64,000 bases of DNA, from positions 352,001-416,000 of the forward strand of contig CAXWPL010000001.1 in assembly GCA_963666215.2 (NCBI GenBank), given 5' to 3'. The stretch is from Acidobacteriota bacterium (GTDB taxonomy: Bacteria; Acidobacteriota; UBA890; WLXD01). Positions 38,827-48,729 of this stretch are shown here, piece by piece. Below the pieces are notes generated by a model, which worked only from the letters and a program-made list of their open reading frames with translations, made no database searches and was not told the DNA's origin. The translations under genes and the position numbers were made by a program. Within the stretch, counting starts at the first letter, position 1. Each line of letters starts with the position of its first letter.

Positions 38827-40266
38827 TCACTCGGAGGAAATCAGCAGCAGCTCTTCTTGAACCGGAATCAGCCACTCGGCTCCATCAGGGCCGATCTGGC
38901 CGGTCTCCTCGAAGCGCGCGTACCAGGTCTTGCCGCCCCACTCGGGGATCGGCGTGCTGACGTGGAGCTCGACCGATTGCCATTCGCCGGTCGCGAGCGC
39001 GAAACGAACTCGATCGCCGTAGGCGAACGGCAGGTCCTGGGCGACTCGAGTGCCGATGTCGTGGGCGACGTTGCCCACCGAATGACCGTAGATGCCGACC
39101 TCCGGCTCGGTTGTCGAGGCGGCCGCTCCGCCGGCGTCGGGTGTTGCCACCATGTAGCCACGCGCCTGGGTCTCGGCCGCCAGCGCCGCCCAGATCTCGT
39201 GGCCCGCGAGGCTATCCGGGACCAGGCTGTCGGCGTACAGCTGGCCGATCTCGACGGCGTCCCGCCACGCCTGCTCGATGCTGGCCGGCGGCACCGTCTC
39301 ACCGGGCCTGAGGATGTAGGCAGCCCGCTTGATATCGGTGGCGTAGCCGAGGTATTCGAGGCCGCCGTCGATGCTGAGGATGTCGCCGGGCTGAACCGCG
39401 ATATCGGCAGCGTGGATCGGTAACAGCTCGCCCTCGCGCACAACTCGAACCGTGCCTCCGCCGGTCATGCCGAGCTCGCGAGCGCGGTCCTGCAGCCACC
39501 AGGCGATATCCAGCGCGGTCGTCTCGCCGGCGATCACCACCTGAGCGCTGAGCGCCTCACTCTGCCAGCGAGACGTCCACTCGAGCAGACGTGTGTAGAG
39601 CTCCGTCTCCTTCGGCGTGCGGTTGAGCTTGAAGTCGCGAACCACGAGCTCAACCGGAACGATGCGCCGCCGCAGCTCCGGCCCCACCGCTTCCTCTAGA
39701 ACGTCGCGCATGCTGACCGTGAGCCCATCGGCGCTCGGCAGTGTTCTCGAGACGTTGACGCCGATGCTCTGTGGATCGCGCTCAACAACCACGCGGCGTA
39801 GGTGCGGCGTGATCCCCTCCGCCGTGTAGCCGTAGTAGATGGTCTGGTCGTAGACCTCGCCGACGATCGAGTTGGCCGGCTGCTCGTGAGAGCCGACGTA
39901 GATCTTCTCGGGCGTCTCACCGCCGTCGTCGAAAAAGATGTAGGCGCCGCGAACCCCGGGGAACCCGCCGCCCACCTCGTCCTGGATGGGGTCGTAGTGG
40001 TTCTCGCGGCTGAAGGTGATCCACATGTCGACGCCGTGGCGGCGCATCGCCGGCAGGACGGCGGTCTCGATCTTCTCTCGAACGGTCGCCTTCTTGATCT
40101 CGAAGCGCTCGGCCGCGCCTGGAACCCCGTAGTCCTCGGCCGCGGTCCGCGCACGGTCGAGCTCCCCGACCCCAGCGGTGGTGCAGCCGATCAGCCCACC
40201 CGCGAGCGCCAAGCACAACCCACATAGGAGCTGCATGGGCTTCCGCCCGGCCGGGCGCCGTGGCAT
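38827..40266 (-). CDS. M24 family (Xaa-Pro aminopeptidase-like) peptidase, lipoprotein
   Basis: LIGC lipobox, MRRHGVDMWI, PGDILSIDGG..Y.GY.TDIKR, GHSVG...HD, SVEL, RFEE. Confidence 0.85.
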   Translation of the reverse strand: MPRRPAGRKPMQLLCGLCLALAGGLIGCTTAGVGELDRARTAAEDYGVPGAAERFEIKKATVREKIETAVLPAMRRHGVDMWITFSRENHYDPIQDEVGGGFPGVRGAYIFFDDGGETPEKIYVGSHEQPANSIVGEVYDQTIYYGYTAEGITPHLRRVVVERDPQSIGVNVSRTLPSADGLTVSMRDVLEEAVGPELRRRIVPVELVVRDFKLNRTPKETELYTRLLEWTSRWQSEALSAQVVIAGETTALDIAWWLQDRARELGMTGGGTVRVVREGELLPIHAADIAVQPGDILSIDGGLEYLGYATDIKRAAYILRPGETVPPASIEQAWRDAVEIGQLYADSLVPDSLAGHEIWAALAAETQARGYMVATPDAGGAAASTTEPEVGIYGHSVGNVAHDIGTRVAQDLPFAYGDRVRFALATGEWQSVELHVSTPIPEWGGKTWYARFEETGQIGPDGAEWLIPVQEELLLISSE

Positions 40267-41786
40267 CAGCCCGAGCCCTCGGACTCGCCCGCGGCTCTCA
40301 GGAAAGCGACCCCCGGATGATCCGCTGGCACGCGCTCGGCGCGGAAGAGGCTCCCGGGCCCCGGACCACCCTGCCGACCGCCGGCGCCGACACCCTCCTG
40401 CTCGTCGTAGGGGTTGACGTACTCCCAGACGATCTCGTCGCCGGCGCCCACCTCGCGCAGCCTGCCGCCTTCACCGACACAGATCAGCGTATTGCCGTTG
40501 CGTAGGCGCCGGGCACCGGAGACCAGCGGCGAGTACATGCTCGTCCTGTCCTCAGCGGTGTACGACCAGACGGGCTCCGGGGGACCCACGGGGCGACCCG
40601 GCTCCATGATGTAGCGTCCTTCGGCGTCACGCGGCGGAGCGATTTCGTCGACCGAGGAGTAGTGGCCGTCATCGCCGGCTCGCCCGGTGCCGTTGTTGAA
40701 CACCAGGATGTTGCCAGCCCCGGCGCGGCCCGGCGGGATCCAGGACGGGTCGTGCTGCACGAACAGGCGCCGGTCGTCCGCGGCCCCAGCACCGTACGCC
40801 TCGGGGTTGCCCCAGCGATACAGCAGGTCACCGCCCTTGCCTGCACGCCCTCCTGTATGGCCCGCCGCCTCCTCCGTGGTCGTGCTGTGGTCGATCACCC
40901 AGATCTCGCTGAAGTTGCGCACGCTGAGCACGATCTGGTCGAGCTCGGGGCTGTAGTCGATGCCGTTGGTGTGCTGCCAGTCGCGCCCGATCTCCGGCCC
41001 GCTGTCGGCATCCGCACCCGAGCCACCGCCGAAATAGCCGAGCGCTCGGAGCCGCTCGAGCTCCTCGGGGTTGGCCAGCTGCTGGCGCTCCCGATGCGGC
41101 GCCGCGGCATTGATGTCGATGAGCTCCGGGTGCTCCGCCACTACCCCGTAGTTGTCCTTCGTCGGATCATGCTCCTGGACGAGGTGATCCCAGGCATTCC
41201 ATTTCCAGACCTCCTTGCCACCGTCGGGTAGCACCGGCTCGATCTCGACAATGAAGTCGGGCCAGATCCCGTCCTCCTCCATGCGATCGGGATTGATGCC
41301 GGCAGTCAACGCCTCCTCGCGCGTCTTGCCCTCCCAGGCGATCAACAGCACGTTGCCGTTAGGCATCGCCGCGATGTCATGGTGATGGCGCTTCACCTCG
41401 TCCGAGTATTTGAAATCCCAAAGCACTGTGCCGTCCCAGGCGATCTCTTGGATGACCCCGCCCTCGCCGCCACCGGTAAAAACGCCCACCGGATCTCGAT
41501 CACGCGTGCCGCGCAGCAGGTTGCCGTTGTCGAGCATGTAGATCGCGGCGCCGTTGTACTCGGTAGCCCAGCGCTTGACCTCCTCGCCCTGCATGTCAAT
41601 CAGATAGATCGATGTCGATCGCAGCGGCGAGAACAGCGTGTAGCCGTCCACAGGGGTCGCTTCGCCACGCGGCAGCTCCGCTGCCAGGAGGCTGGTGTCC
41701 GCAACGTCTACGGAGGGTCCCGACGGGCAGCCGAGCACGGCGAGCATGAGCGGAAGGGTGGCCGTAGCGATTCTCGGGCGTCTCAT
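40266..41786 (-). CDS. aryl-sulfate sulfotransferase (ASST)-like beta-propeller lipoprotein
   Basis: YLIDMQG, RHHHDIA.MPNGN.L, WQHTNGIDY, VLSVRNFSEIW, YRWGNP, QHD, SGARRL.NGNTLI. Stop overlaps the M24 start. Confidence 0.85.
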   Translation of the reverse strand: MRRPRIATATLPLMLAVLGCPSGPSVDVADTSLLAAELPRGEATPVDGYTLFSPLRSTSIYLIDMQGEEVKRWATEYNGAAIYMLDNGNLLRGTRDRDPVGVFTGGGEGGVIQEIAWDGTVLWDFKYSDEVKRHHHDIAAMPNGNVLLIAWEGKTREEALTAGINPDRMEEDGIWPDFIVEIEPVLPDGGKEVWKWNAWDHLVQEHDPTKDNYGVVAEHPELIDINAAAPHRERQQLANPEELERLRALGYFGGGSGADADSGPEIGRDWQHTNGIDYSPELDQIVLSVRNFSEIWVIDHSTTTEEAAGHTGGRAGKGGDLLYRWGNPEAYGAGAADDRRLFVQHDPSWIPPGRAGAGNILVFNNGTGRAGDDGHYSSVDEIAPPRDAEGRYIMEPGRPVGPPEPVWSYTAEDRTSMYSPLVSGARRLRNGNTLICVGEGGRLREVGAGDEIVWEYVNPYDEQEGVGAGGRQGGPGPGSLFRAERVPADHPGVAFLRAAGESEGSG

Positions 41787-41890
41787 GCCCCGCTTCTTAG
41801 CGGAGACGAGAGTCATCCGTCAAGGGGCGCCCGCCCCAGGGTTCGAAGCGCCGGGGGCACAAGTGGCCCCTCCGGCCGCTCGCCGCGAAC

Positions 41891-44050
41891 CTATTTGAGG
41901 TACTTGTCGTACCAGGCGATGACGCGCTCGTGGAAGTCCTTGTCGTAGGCCGGAAGGTCGACGCCATGGAACTGGTTCGGGTAAACAACGAGCACCGTCT
42001 CGCGACCGAGGCGCTTCATCGCCTGGTACATCTGTTCGGAATTCTGGATGGGCACGTTCCAGTCGTTCTCGCCTCCCATCCACATCGTCGGCGTGGTGAT
42101 CTCGGCGACCTTGTTGAACGGTGACAGTCGCTCCCAGAGCTCGCGGTTCTCCCAGGGCAGCCCGAACTCGACCTCGTACCAGCGCTGGTAGTGGTCGTGG
42201 CCATAGTTCGCCACCCACAGCGCACCGCTGGCTCCCGACATCGCCGCCTTGAAGCGCTGCGTGCTGGTGATGACGTAGTTGGTAAGAATGCCGCCGTACG
42301 ACCAGCCGCCCACAGCGAGCCGTTCGGGATCGGAGTAGCCGAGCTCGATGGCCTTGTCGACCGCACCGAGCACGTCCTGGCTGTCGACGTTGCCCCAGTC
42401 GGCCCAGATGGCGCGCTCGAAGTCGAGCCCGTAGCCGGTCGAGCCGCGCGGGTTGGGCAAGACCACTACATAGCCGTTTGCGGCGATCCACTGCGCCGTG
42501 AAGTTGAACCCCCACTCCCACTGGCTCATCGGACCGCCGTGGATCCACAGCACCGTCGGGTATCGGAACGCGGGGTCGAACGACGGCGGCTTGTAGATGA
42601 AGGTCTCGACCTCGGTGCCGTCGGCGCTGTTGTACGCGACCTTCTCGACCTCGCCCAGCCGCAACCCGTCAAAGAGCTCCTGGTTGACCCGGGTGAGCCG
42701 TCGGACGCTCGTGGCATGGTGGCCGCCACCACCATTGCGGCCGTTGCCGGCGGAGGCCAGCGTGTTGGCGTCGAGCACGACCAGCTCGCCCGGGGAGTGC
42801 GCGTTGCTGACCAGGGCGACCACGCTGTCGTCTGGACCCACCTCGACGCTTCGCGTGCTCACAGAGCCCGCGATCAGCCGCTCCATCGCCCCACCAGCCG
42901 TAGGAATCCGCGCCACTTGCGTGGTGCCTCGCTCCTCCAAGATGAAGGTAATCGAGTCGCCATCGGCCGAGAACCGTGGGCGGGTGACCCAGCGATCGAG
43001 ATCCTCGGTCAGCACCTCGGGGTTGTCGCCACCCACGCGTACAACTGCCAGCTTGTTCTGGTCGTAGACCGACAGCTCGGGACGGTTGTTGGTGATGAAG
43101 GCGATGTGCTGCGAGTCGGGATGCCACCGCGGCTGGCTGTCGGCGCCCTCGTTGAGGGTGACCTGGGCCAGCGTCTTGCCCATGTCGGAGTTCCCGGGAT
43201 CCACCAGCCAGATGTCTGTGTTGTAGTTGGAATCGGGCTCTTCGGTGCGGTTGCTGACGAAAGCAATCTTGGTGCCGTCAGCGGACCACTGCGGCTGCGA
43301 GTCGTCGTAGTCACCGGACGTGATCTGGGTAACTTCGGAGCTGCGCGTCGAGCTCTTCTCCGAGCTCAGGTCGAACACGTACAGGTGGGTGCGCCGGCGA
43401 TCCAGGTAGCCGATGTAGTCCTGCTTGAACTGCAGCCGGTCAATAACCCACGGGTCGGGGACGTCCGAGGATTCTTCGGAAGAGCTGTCGCCCTCAGCGT
43501 TTCCCTCGCTGCCTGCGTCGGCGTCGTCTTCAGCCTTTGCGTCCTTGATACCGAGGACGAGTCGCTTGCCATCGGGCGACCACTCGTAGTTGCTCACGCC
43601 CTGCTCCACGTCGGTGAGCTGCCACGCCTCGCCGCCGCGGCGGTCGAGCACCCAGACCTGGCTCTTGCCCTCGTTGCGCGACGAAAGGAACGACAGGTAC
43701 TTGCCGTCGGGACTCCAGCGCGGCGAGCTCGCCGAGCTGCTCTCGGCAGTCATCGGAATCGGATCGCCACCAGCGGTCTCGACCATCCAGAGCCGACTCG
43801 TCGATTTGTTCTCCTCGAGGCTCGTCGTCGAGACCGTGTAGGCAACCCAAGCGCCGTCGGGGCTGACGAGTCCCTCGCCGACGCTCTTGATGGCGAATCT
43901 GTCGTCTACGCGCACGTTGCGGGGTCGGCCGGGCTCTTTCTCAACCGTCGCCTGCGCCGGCACGGCCACGAGCTGGCCCACGCCTACACTGCCACTGACC
44001 ACAACGATTAGCACAAACGCCACCGCCAACCGACCCATTCGCCGCTTCAT
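41891..44050 (-). CDS. S9 family peptidase (acylaminoacyl/dipeptidyl peptidase-like)
   Basis: Signal peptide, WSPDG propeller repeats, IHGGP, PNPRGSTGYG, GWSYGG, DWNVP, FHG. Confidence 0.95.
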   Translation of the reverse strand: MKRRMGRLAVAFVLIVVVSGSVGVGQLVAVPAQATVEKEPGRPRNVRVDDRFAIKSVGEGLVSPDGAWVAYTVSTTSLEENKSTSRLWMVETAGGDPIPMTAESSSASSPRWSPDGKYLSFLSSRNEGKSQVWVLDRRGGEAWQLTDVEQGVSNYEWSPDGKRLVLGIKDAKAEDDADAGSEGNAEGDSSSEESSDVPDPWVIDRLQFKQDYIGYLDRRRTHLYVFDLSSEKSSTRSSEVTQITSGDYDDSQPQWSADGTKIAFVSNRTEEPDSNYNTDIWLVDPGNSDMGKTLAQVTLNEGADSQPRWHPDSQHIAFITNNRPELSVYDQNKLAVVRVGGDNPEVLTEDLDRWVTRPRFSADGDSITFILEERGTTQVARIPTAGGAMERLIAGSVSTRSVEVGPDDSVVALVSNAHSPGELVVLDANTLASAGNGRNGGGGHHATSVRRLTRVNQELFDGLRLGEVEKVAYNSADGTEVETFIYKPPSFDPAFRYPTVLWIHGGPMSQWEWGFNFTAQWIAANGYVVVLPNPRGSTGYGLDFERAIWADWGNVDSQDVLGAVDKAIELGYSDPERLAVGGWSYGGILTNYVITSTQRFKAAMSGASGALWVANYGHDHYQRWYEVEFGLPWENRELWERLSPFNKVAEITTPTMWMGGENDWNVPIQNSEQMYQAMKRLGRETVLVVYPNQFHGVDLPAYDKDFHERVIAWYDKYLK

Positions 44051-44115
44051 CGCACAAACTCCCGCGCGCCGAATCGAGCGGCACGCCTCTTGCCTAGGCT
44101 CTCGTTTGGAAGGGC

Positions 44116-45123
44116 CTACGGCTGTTCGAAACCGAGCTCTGGATTGAGCCGCCCGCCGCCGCTCATCTCCTTGCCGTCGAGGTAGATAGTCGGCGTCGAC
44201 AGCATGATGTCCATGTGAAAGTCGCAGGGGCCGATCGTGCCGCCGAAGGTGGGGTTCTGATAGCCGAAGCCGAAGTCGACCGCGGCGAGCTTGCGCTCGT
44301 CCTCGATCATGTGGCCCGAGATGCCCGCCTCGGGGTTCAGTCCGATGCTGAAGTGGCACAGCTCGTAAATCGCCGGCTGTCCGCAGCTCTCGAACCACGC
44401 GCGCATCGTGTCGGCCTCCTTGCCGCCCTCCACCGCCGTGACCACACCCTTTTCCAGCCTGAAGCTGTAGGGCTCGTGGACGATCCCCTGCACGCTGTCG
44501 CTAGCGTCGATGACGATCGTGCCGTCAATGCTCTCCTCGAGCGCCGCGATGCTGACCTGGGCGCCGGGGAAGAAGTCGATTTCGCCGTCCTCGGTCAGGG
44601 CACCGTCGCCGACCTTGCACTTGCGATCGCCGAGGCGAAACTCGACGTCGGTCCCCTGGGGCGAGGTCACGCGGCAGTGATCGGCAGCATGCCAGAGATC
44701 GACGACGCGATCGACGTTACGCATCATCGCGTCGACATCGACGTTCAGCAGCCCACGCATGACGTAGTCCTCGACACCGGCGATGGCGCAGAACAGCGCC
44801 CGAGTACCGTTGGCCCGCGCCTCCAGCATGGGCTTGGAAGCATCGATGCCGTCGTCGCAGATCGACAGGATCAGCCGGCTGGCGCGAATCGCGTCCGAAA
44901 GAATCGGCCCCGGACTGGTGGCGACGTCCTGAGTGGGCGAGACCGGCTTGACCATCAACTGGGCGTCGGCGCCGGCGCGGATGGCGTCGTCGAGCAGCAC
45001 CTTGGCGAGTACCTGGTCGTCGTTCGCATCGGCCAGAACCAGCAGCGCGTCGCCGGGCTCGGGCCGCACGAGGCTCTTGATCACGATGTCGCCGAATTCG
45101 TCTGAATGCAGGCTCGGGGCCAT
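44116..45123 (-). CDS. M29/aminopeptidase-T-fold protein with NicX-like metal ligands
   Basis: AGGAG RBS. VTSPQGTD, GTIVID, CHFSIGLNP, EDER, GG...FHMD, PTIYLDG. Confidence 0.75.
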   Translation of the reverse strand: MAPSLHSDEFGDIVIKSLVRPEPGDALLVLADANDDQVLAKVLLDDAIRAGADAQLMVKPVSPTQDVATSPGPILSDAIRASRLILSICDDGIDASKPMLEARANGTRALFCAIAGVEDYVMRGLLNVDVDAMMRNVDRVVDLWHAADHCRVTSPQGTDVEFRLGDRKCKVGDGALTEDGEIDFFPGAQVSIAALEESIDGTIVIDASDSVQGIVHEPYSFRLEKGVVTAVEGGKEADTMRAWFESCGQPAIYELCHFSIGLNPEAGISGHMIEDERKLAAVDFGFGYQNPTFGGTIGPCDFHMDIMLSTPTIYLDGKEMSGGGRLNPELGFEQP

Positions 45124-45212
45124 GCTGAACTCCTTTTTTGTGCTCGGTTGCCTCGGGGCGCTGAACGACGTTCAGCGAGCTTGCCACGGAGTGACTCGAG
45201 TGATTGAGACCT

Positions 45213-46010
45213 TCAGGCGGGTTGTGTCGCGCGCGGCGCTCCCCCGTCGTCTGCGGAGGCCTCGCCGCTTGCTCGACCCTTGGCGATATCGGCCTTTGGG
45301 TAGGCATGCTCGCTCTGCGATAACCGCAGTCGTACGAGGCTCTCGGCCATCATTGCGGAGGCCTGAATCGGGTCGACCACGGGCACCGGTAGCCCGCCGC
45401 GCAGACGCTCGAGGATCTCGAGACCCCCGTAGCCGATGACCGCGTCGGCGCCGTCCTCCTCGACGGCCAGGAGTCCCTGCTCGAGCATCTCGTCGCGCAG
45501 CCGATTCTCCTGGCTGGCGAAGTCGAGCGAGCCAGCAATCACCGACCGCACCGACGCGAGCTTGTGCGCGAACCCGTAGCGCGCCGCGATGTCCTCGTAG
45601 CGCCGCGCCCGTCCGTCGGAACGGCGACCGCTTTTGCTGCCCGGCATCAGGAACGAGAACCGTCGCCCGACCATCGAAGCGTAGTGCATCACGGCCTGCG
45701 CCTCGCCGATCACCGGAATGTCGAGCGCTTCCTTGGCTGCCTCGACTCCGGGCTCGCCGAGGCAGCCCATCGCAACGGCGTCGTAGCCATCGCGTTGCGC
45801 CTGGATCGCGGCTTCGACGTGCTGCAACGCCACCAGCTCCGAGGTGTAGGAGTTCTTGATCGCTCCGACCGGCGCCTCTGGAAGATCGACGAGCGTGATC
45901 TCCACGCGCGGGCTGGCGATGGGCGCCAGCAGTGCCCGGTGCACGTCTCCCCACGACGCCAGGCCGTCGCGCACCGGGATGATCGCGCAAATGCGAATTC
46001 GCCGCTCCAT
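45213..46010 (-). CDS. Asp/Glu/hydantoin racemase family protein (second catalytic Cys absent)
   Basis: GYDAVAMGCLGEPGVEAAKE.LDIPVIG, GRRFS, LASVR, DGADAVIGYGG, PVPVVDP. Confidence 0.85.
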   Translation of the reverse strand: MERRIRICAIIPVRDGLASWGDVHRALLAPIASPRVEITLVDLPEAPVGAIKNSYTSELVALQHVEAAIQAQRDGYDAVAMGCLGEPGVEAAKEALDIPVIGEAQAVMHYASMVGRRFSFLMPGSKSGRRSDGRARRYEDIAARYGFAHKLASVRSVIAGSLDFASQENRLRDEMLEQGLLAVEEDGADAVIGYGGLEILERLRGGLPVPVVDPIQASAMMAESLVRLRLSQSEHAYPKADIAKGRASGEASADDGGAPRATQPA

Positions 46011-46015
46011 CGGGT

Positions 46016-47590
46016 TCACTCCAGCCACATGCCGTAGATGTTTTGGGTGAGCGGGTGCGCCTTGGTGGGAACGTATCCCCGCACGTAGTCCCGCTGGGCC
46101 GAGAGCGCCACCATGGTGACGACCGGGGTGAACGGCATGTCCTCTTGAAGAATCTGCATGGCCTCGCCATAGAGCTCGCAGCGCGACTTCGAGTCCATCT
46201 CGCTGACCGCGATGTCGAGCAGCTCGTCGACCCGGGGGTTCGAGTAGAAGGCGAAGTTGCGACCGCCGTTTCCCGCCTGACTCGAGTGGGCCAGCCTGTA
46301 GAGGTACTGGTGCGGGTCGGGCGAGGGAACGTAGATCCAGATCGTACCGAGATCGGTGGCCGTGTCCAGCGAGGCATAGTTTGCGACCTTGGCGTCGAAC
46401 TCGATGTCGAGGGCATTGAGCGTTATGCCGAGCTCGGCCGCGCCGGCCTGCAACAGCAGAAAGAACGCTGTCTCGCCGGTGGTGCCCTCAAAGGCCATGC
46501 TGAGCTCGAAGCCCCCTTCGGGATACCCGGCCTCGGCCAACAGGCGCCGGGCCTCTTGCAGGTCGTGGCGGGAGGGCGGCGTGCCAGGTTCGTAGCAGCT
46601 GGCGCCGTCGGGAAGCATCCCGTGCGCGACGACCGCATTGCCGTGCAGCAGATGTTCGACGTGGCCCTCGTAGTCGTAGGCCAGAGCCAGCGCCCGGCGT
46701 ACCCGGACATCGCCAAGGGGCTCCGCCTCGGTGTTGAAGGCGAAGTAGAGCTGGTTGAGCGTGGGCTCGCGGTTGAGAGTCAGCCCGCTGACGTCGCGCA
46801 TCGCCTCGAAGGCGTCTGCGCTCGCCAAATAAATCCAATCGGCGTCGCCATTCTCGAGCGCGATGCGCCGCGTGCTCTCAGACCGGATAGCGCGAAAGAT
46901 CGCCGTATCGATGTGTTGCCCTTCCCATCCTTTGTAGTAGTCGGGGAAGCGCTCGATGGTGCAGCGCTGCTGGGCCTCGAACGAGACGAGCTGATAGGGA
47001 CCGCTACCGGCCTCGTGATCTTGCAGCCACCTCTGGGCCCAGTCGCCGCCCTCATCGTGCGAGCGCACCAGATCGGCGTTGAGCACATAGAGATGGGTCA
47101 GCGCTGGCATTAGACCCGGATAGGGCGCCGACAGCAGGATGTCGACGGCGTGATCGTCGATCACCTCGGCCCCGGTCACCAGCGTCATGTAGGTGTAGAC
47201 GCCGATGCCCAGCGCAACCATCCGATCGACGGTGTACTTGACGTCGTGGGCGTCGACCTCCGAGCCGTCGTGGAATCTCACGTCGCGGCGCAGCCGGAAG
47301 GTATGTCGCAGGCCGTCCTCGGACAGCGCAGCGCTCTCGGCCAGCTCCATCTCGAGATCCATGGTACCGGGGCGATACTGCACGAGCGCGTTGTAGAGGT
47401 TCAGCGACGGGTTGTTGATGCGGCTGTCCTCGGCGCCGACCGGGTCGAGGCCAGGTGGCACCCCTTCGATCAGGGCAACGAAGTAGGGGTGCCGAGCCGC
47501 GGCGGCCGAGCAGGCCAGCGTAGTCGCGGCCCCGAGCAGCGTCAGCGCGCCGAGCAAGGTCGAAGTGGTCCTTATCTGGTGGCGTCGCAT
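46016..47590 (-). CDS. ABC transporter substrate-binding protein, family 5 (Dpp/Opp-like), lipoprotein
   Basis: LAC lipobox, LDP, LYNALV, FRLRRDVRFHDGS.V.A.DVKYT, GSGPY, VRVRRAL..A.D, ARRLLAEAGY, YSNP.VD. Confidence 0.93.
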   Translation of the reverse strand: MRRHQIRTTSTLLGALTLLGAATTLACSAAAARHPYFVALIEGVPPGLDPVGAEDSRINNPSLNLYNALVQYRPGTMDLEMELAESAALSEDGLRHTFRLRRDVRFHDGSEVDAHDVKYTVDRMVALGIGVYTYMTLVTGAEVIDDHAVDILLSAPYPGLMPALTHLYVLNADLVRSHDEGGDWAQRWLQDHEAGSGPYQLVSFEAQQRCTIERFPDYYKGWEGQHIDTAIFRAIRSESTRRIALENGDADWIYLASADAFEAMRDVSGLTLNREPTLNQLYFAFNTEAEPLGDVRVRRALALAYDYEGHVEHLLHGNAVVAHGMLPDGASCYEPGTPPSRHDLQEARRLLAEAGYPEGGFELSMAFEGTTGETAFFLLLQAGAAELGITLNALDIEFDAKVANYASLDTATDLGTIWIYVPSPDPHQYLYRLAHSSQAGNGGRNFAFYSNPRVDELLDIAVSEMDSKSRCELYGEAMQILQEDMPFTPVVTMVALSAQRDYVRGYVPTKAHPLTQNIYGMWLE

Positions 47591-47808
47591 CGAGGAAACG
47601 GTACCTGTGGCTCGGTCGCCAGACAACGCCCGGCAGCAACCTCCTCGTCGAGGCGGCTCCTGCAGGTCGCGGGAAGAGCCTGGCGGATCCTCCGCACCTT
47701 GACGGCGGCGCCGATCTCCTGTGCAGTAGCGTGTCACCGGACTCGATCGCCTGCAGGTCGCGCCGGTACGCTCAACTCGACTTCGCGAGCGAGGACGGTC
47801 CGTCCTTC

Positions 47809-48729
47809 ATGAACAACGCCAAGCCGCTTCGGCGCAAGCAGGCCCCGGATGCGAGGAGCATCGTACAGAACAAAGCCCTCGAGGCTACCCCTTCAGTGAC
47901 CGCTCTCACGGCCCCCGACAAGGCCCGGTGTGTTTTCGTGCTCGCCGCGCTGGGGGCCCTCGCCATGCTCGGCTGTGCTGGGGTCGATTCGGTGCAGTCG
48001 AGCGATCCAGCGCCCGCGCCGGCGGAAGAAAACGTGTGTCCCGATCCGAGCTTCTTCGATACCGCGCCCGACGTCGCGAGCTACGGCTTCGATGCCGACT
48101 TCGAGAGCCTTTTCTACGACCACCCGGCGTGGCAGTCACGCGAAGCGACGATCGAACAGGCGGGCGGGGTGGCACGGCTGTCGGCCAGCGGCACCGGCGT
48201 TTCCGAGGCATGGAAAGCCTCGCACCAGGAGCTCCCCTACGATCGCAGCTGGAAGATCGCTGTAGGCGTCGTTGTGCCTTCGGAGTGGATGTCGACCAAA
48301 ACGGCCGATGATGCGCCCGATGACCCTCAGGTTGGAGCCGGCCCATGGGTCAGCATCCTCGATGATGAGGGCAAAGGACGCCGGGTCTACGAGGTGAACC
48401 TGGCGGCCATCGCCAACCGCTTCCGCTTCGTTCAGGGCCAGCTCATCGAGAACCGCCTCGGTGAAGACCCGATCAGCGTCGGACACATCCGCGACACGCC
48501 CGAGTCGGTGCGGCTCGACCTCATCTACTGCGCCGACGACCACACGATCAACCTCTACTCCGACGACGAGCACGTCGATACCCAACCCATCGACGAACAC
48601 GGCATCGACAACTGGGGCATGTCGAACGGCGACAGCTTCTACGTCGGCATCATGGGCTTCGCCGAGTGGACCGACCTCGAGCGCAACGCCGTGGCGCTCG
48701 ATGACTTCGAGGTGGCAATCGCGCGCTGA
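47809..48729 (+). CDS. hypothetical lipoprotein, acidic and beta-rich (start uncertain, may be near 47930)
   Basis: Hydrophobic stretch plus LGC lipobox. Strong coding codon bias from about 47960 to the TGA at 48729. Confidence 0.6.
   Translation: MNNAKPLRRKQAPDARSIVQNKALEATPSVTALTAPDKARCVFVLAALGALAMLGCAGVDSVQSSDPAPAPAEENVCPDPSFFDTAPDVASYGFDADFESLFYDHPAWQSREATIEQAGGVARLSASGTGVSEAWKASHQELPYDRSWKIAVGVVVPSEWMSTKTADDAPDDPQVGAGPWVSILDDEGKGRRVYEVNLAAIANRFRFVQGQLIENRLGEDPISVGHIRDTPESVRLDLIYCADDHTINLYSDDEHVDTQPIDEHGIDNWGMSNGDSFYVGIMGFAEWTDLERNAVALDDFEVAIAR

Noticed and set aside
41824-41875. Two GC hairpins between the S9 and ASST genes as a terminator
   Set aside because: No U-tract on the minus strand, so it cannot be called a terminator.
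29812-44011. Long plus-strand ORFs (29812-31239, 33542-35209, 36097-37962, 42191-44011)
   Set aside because: All mirror motif-rich minus-strand genes and have no recognisable domains.
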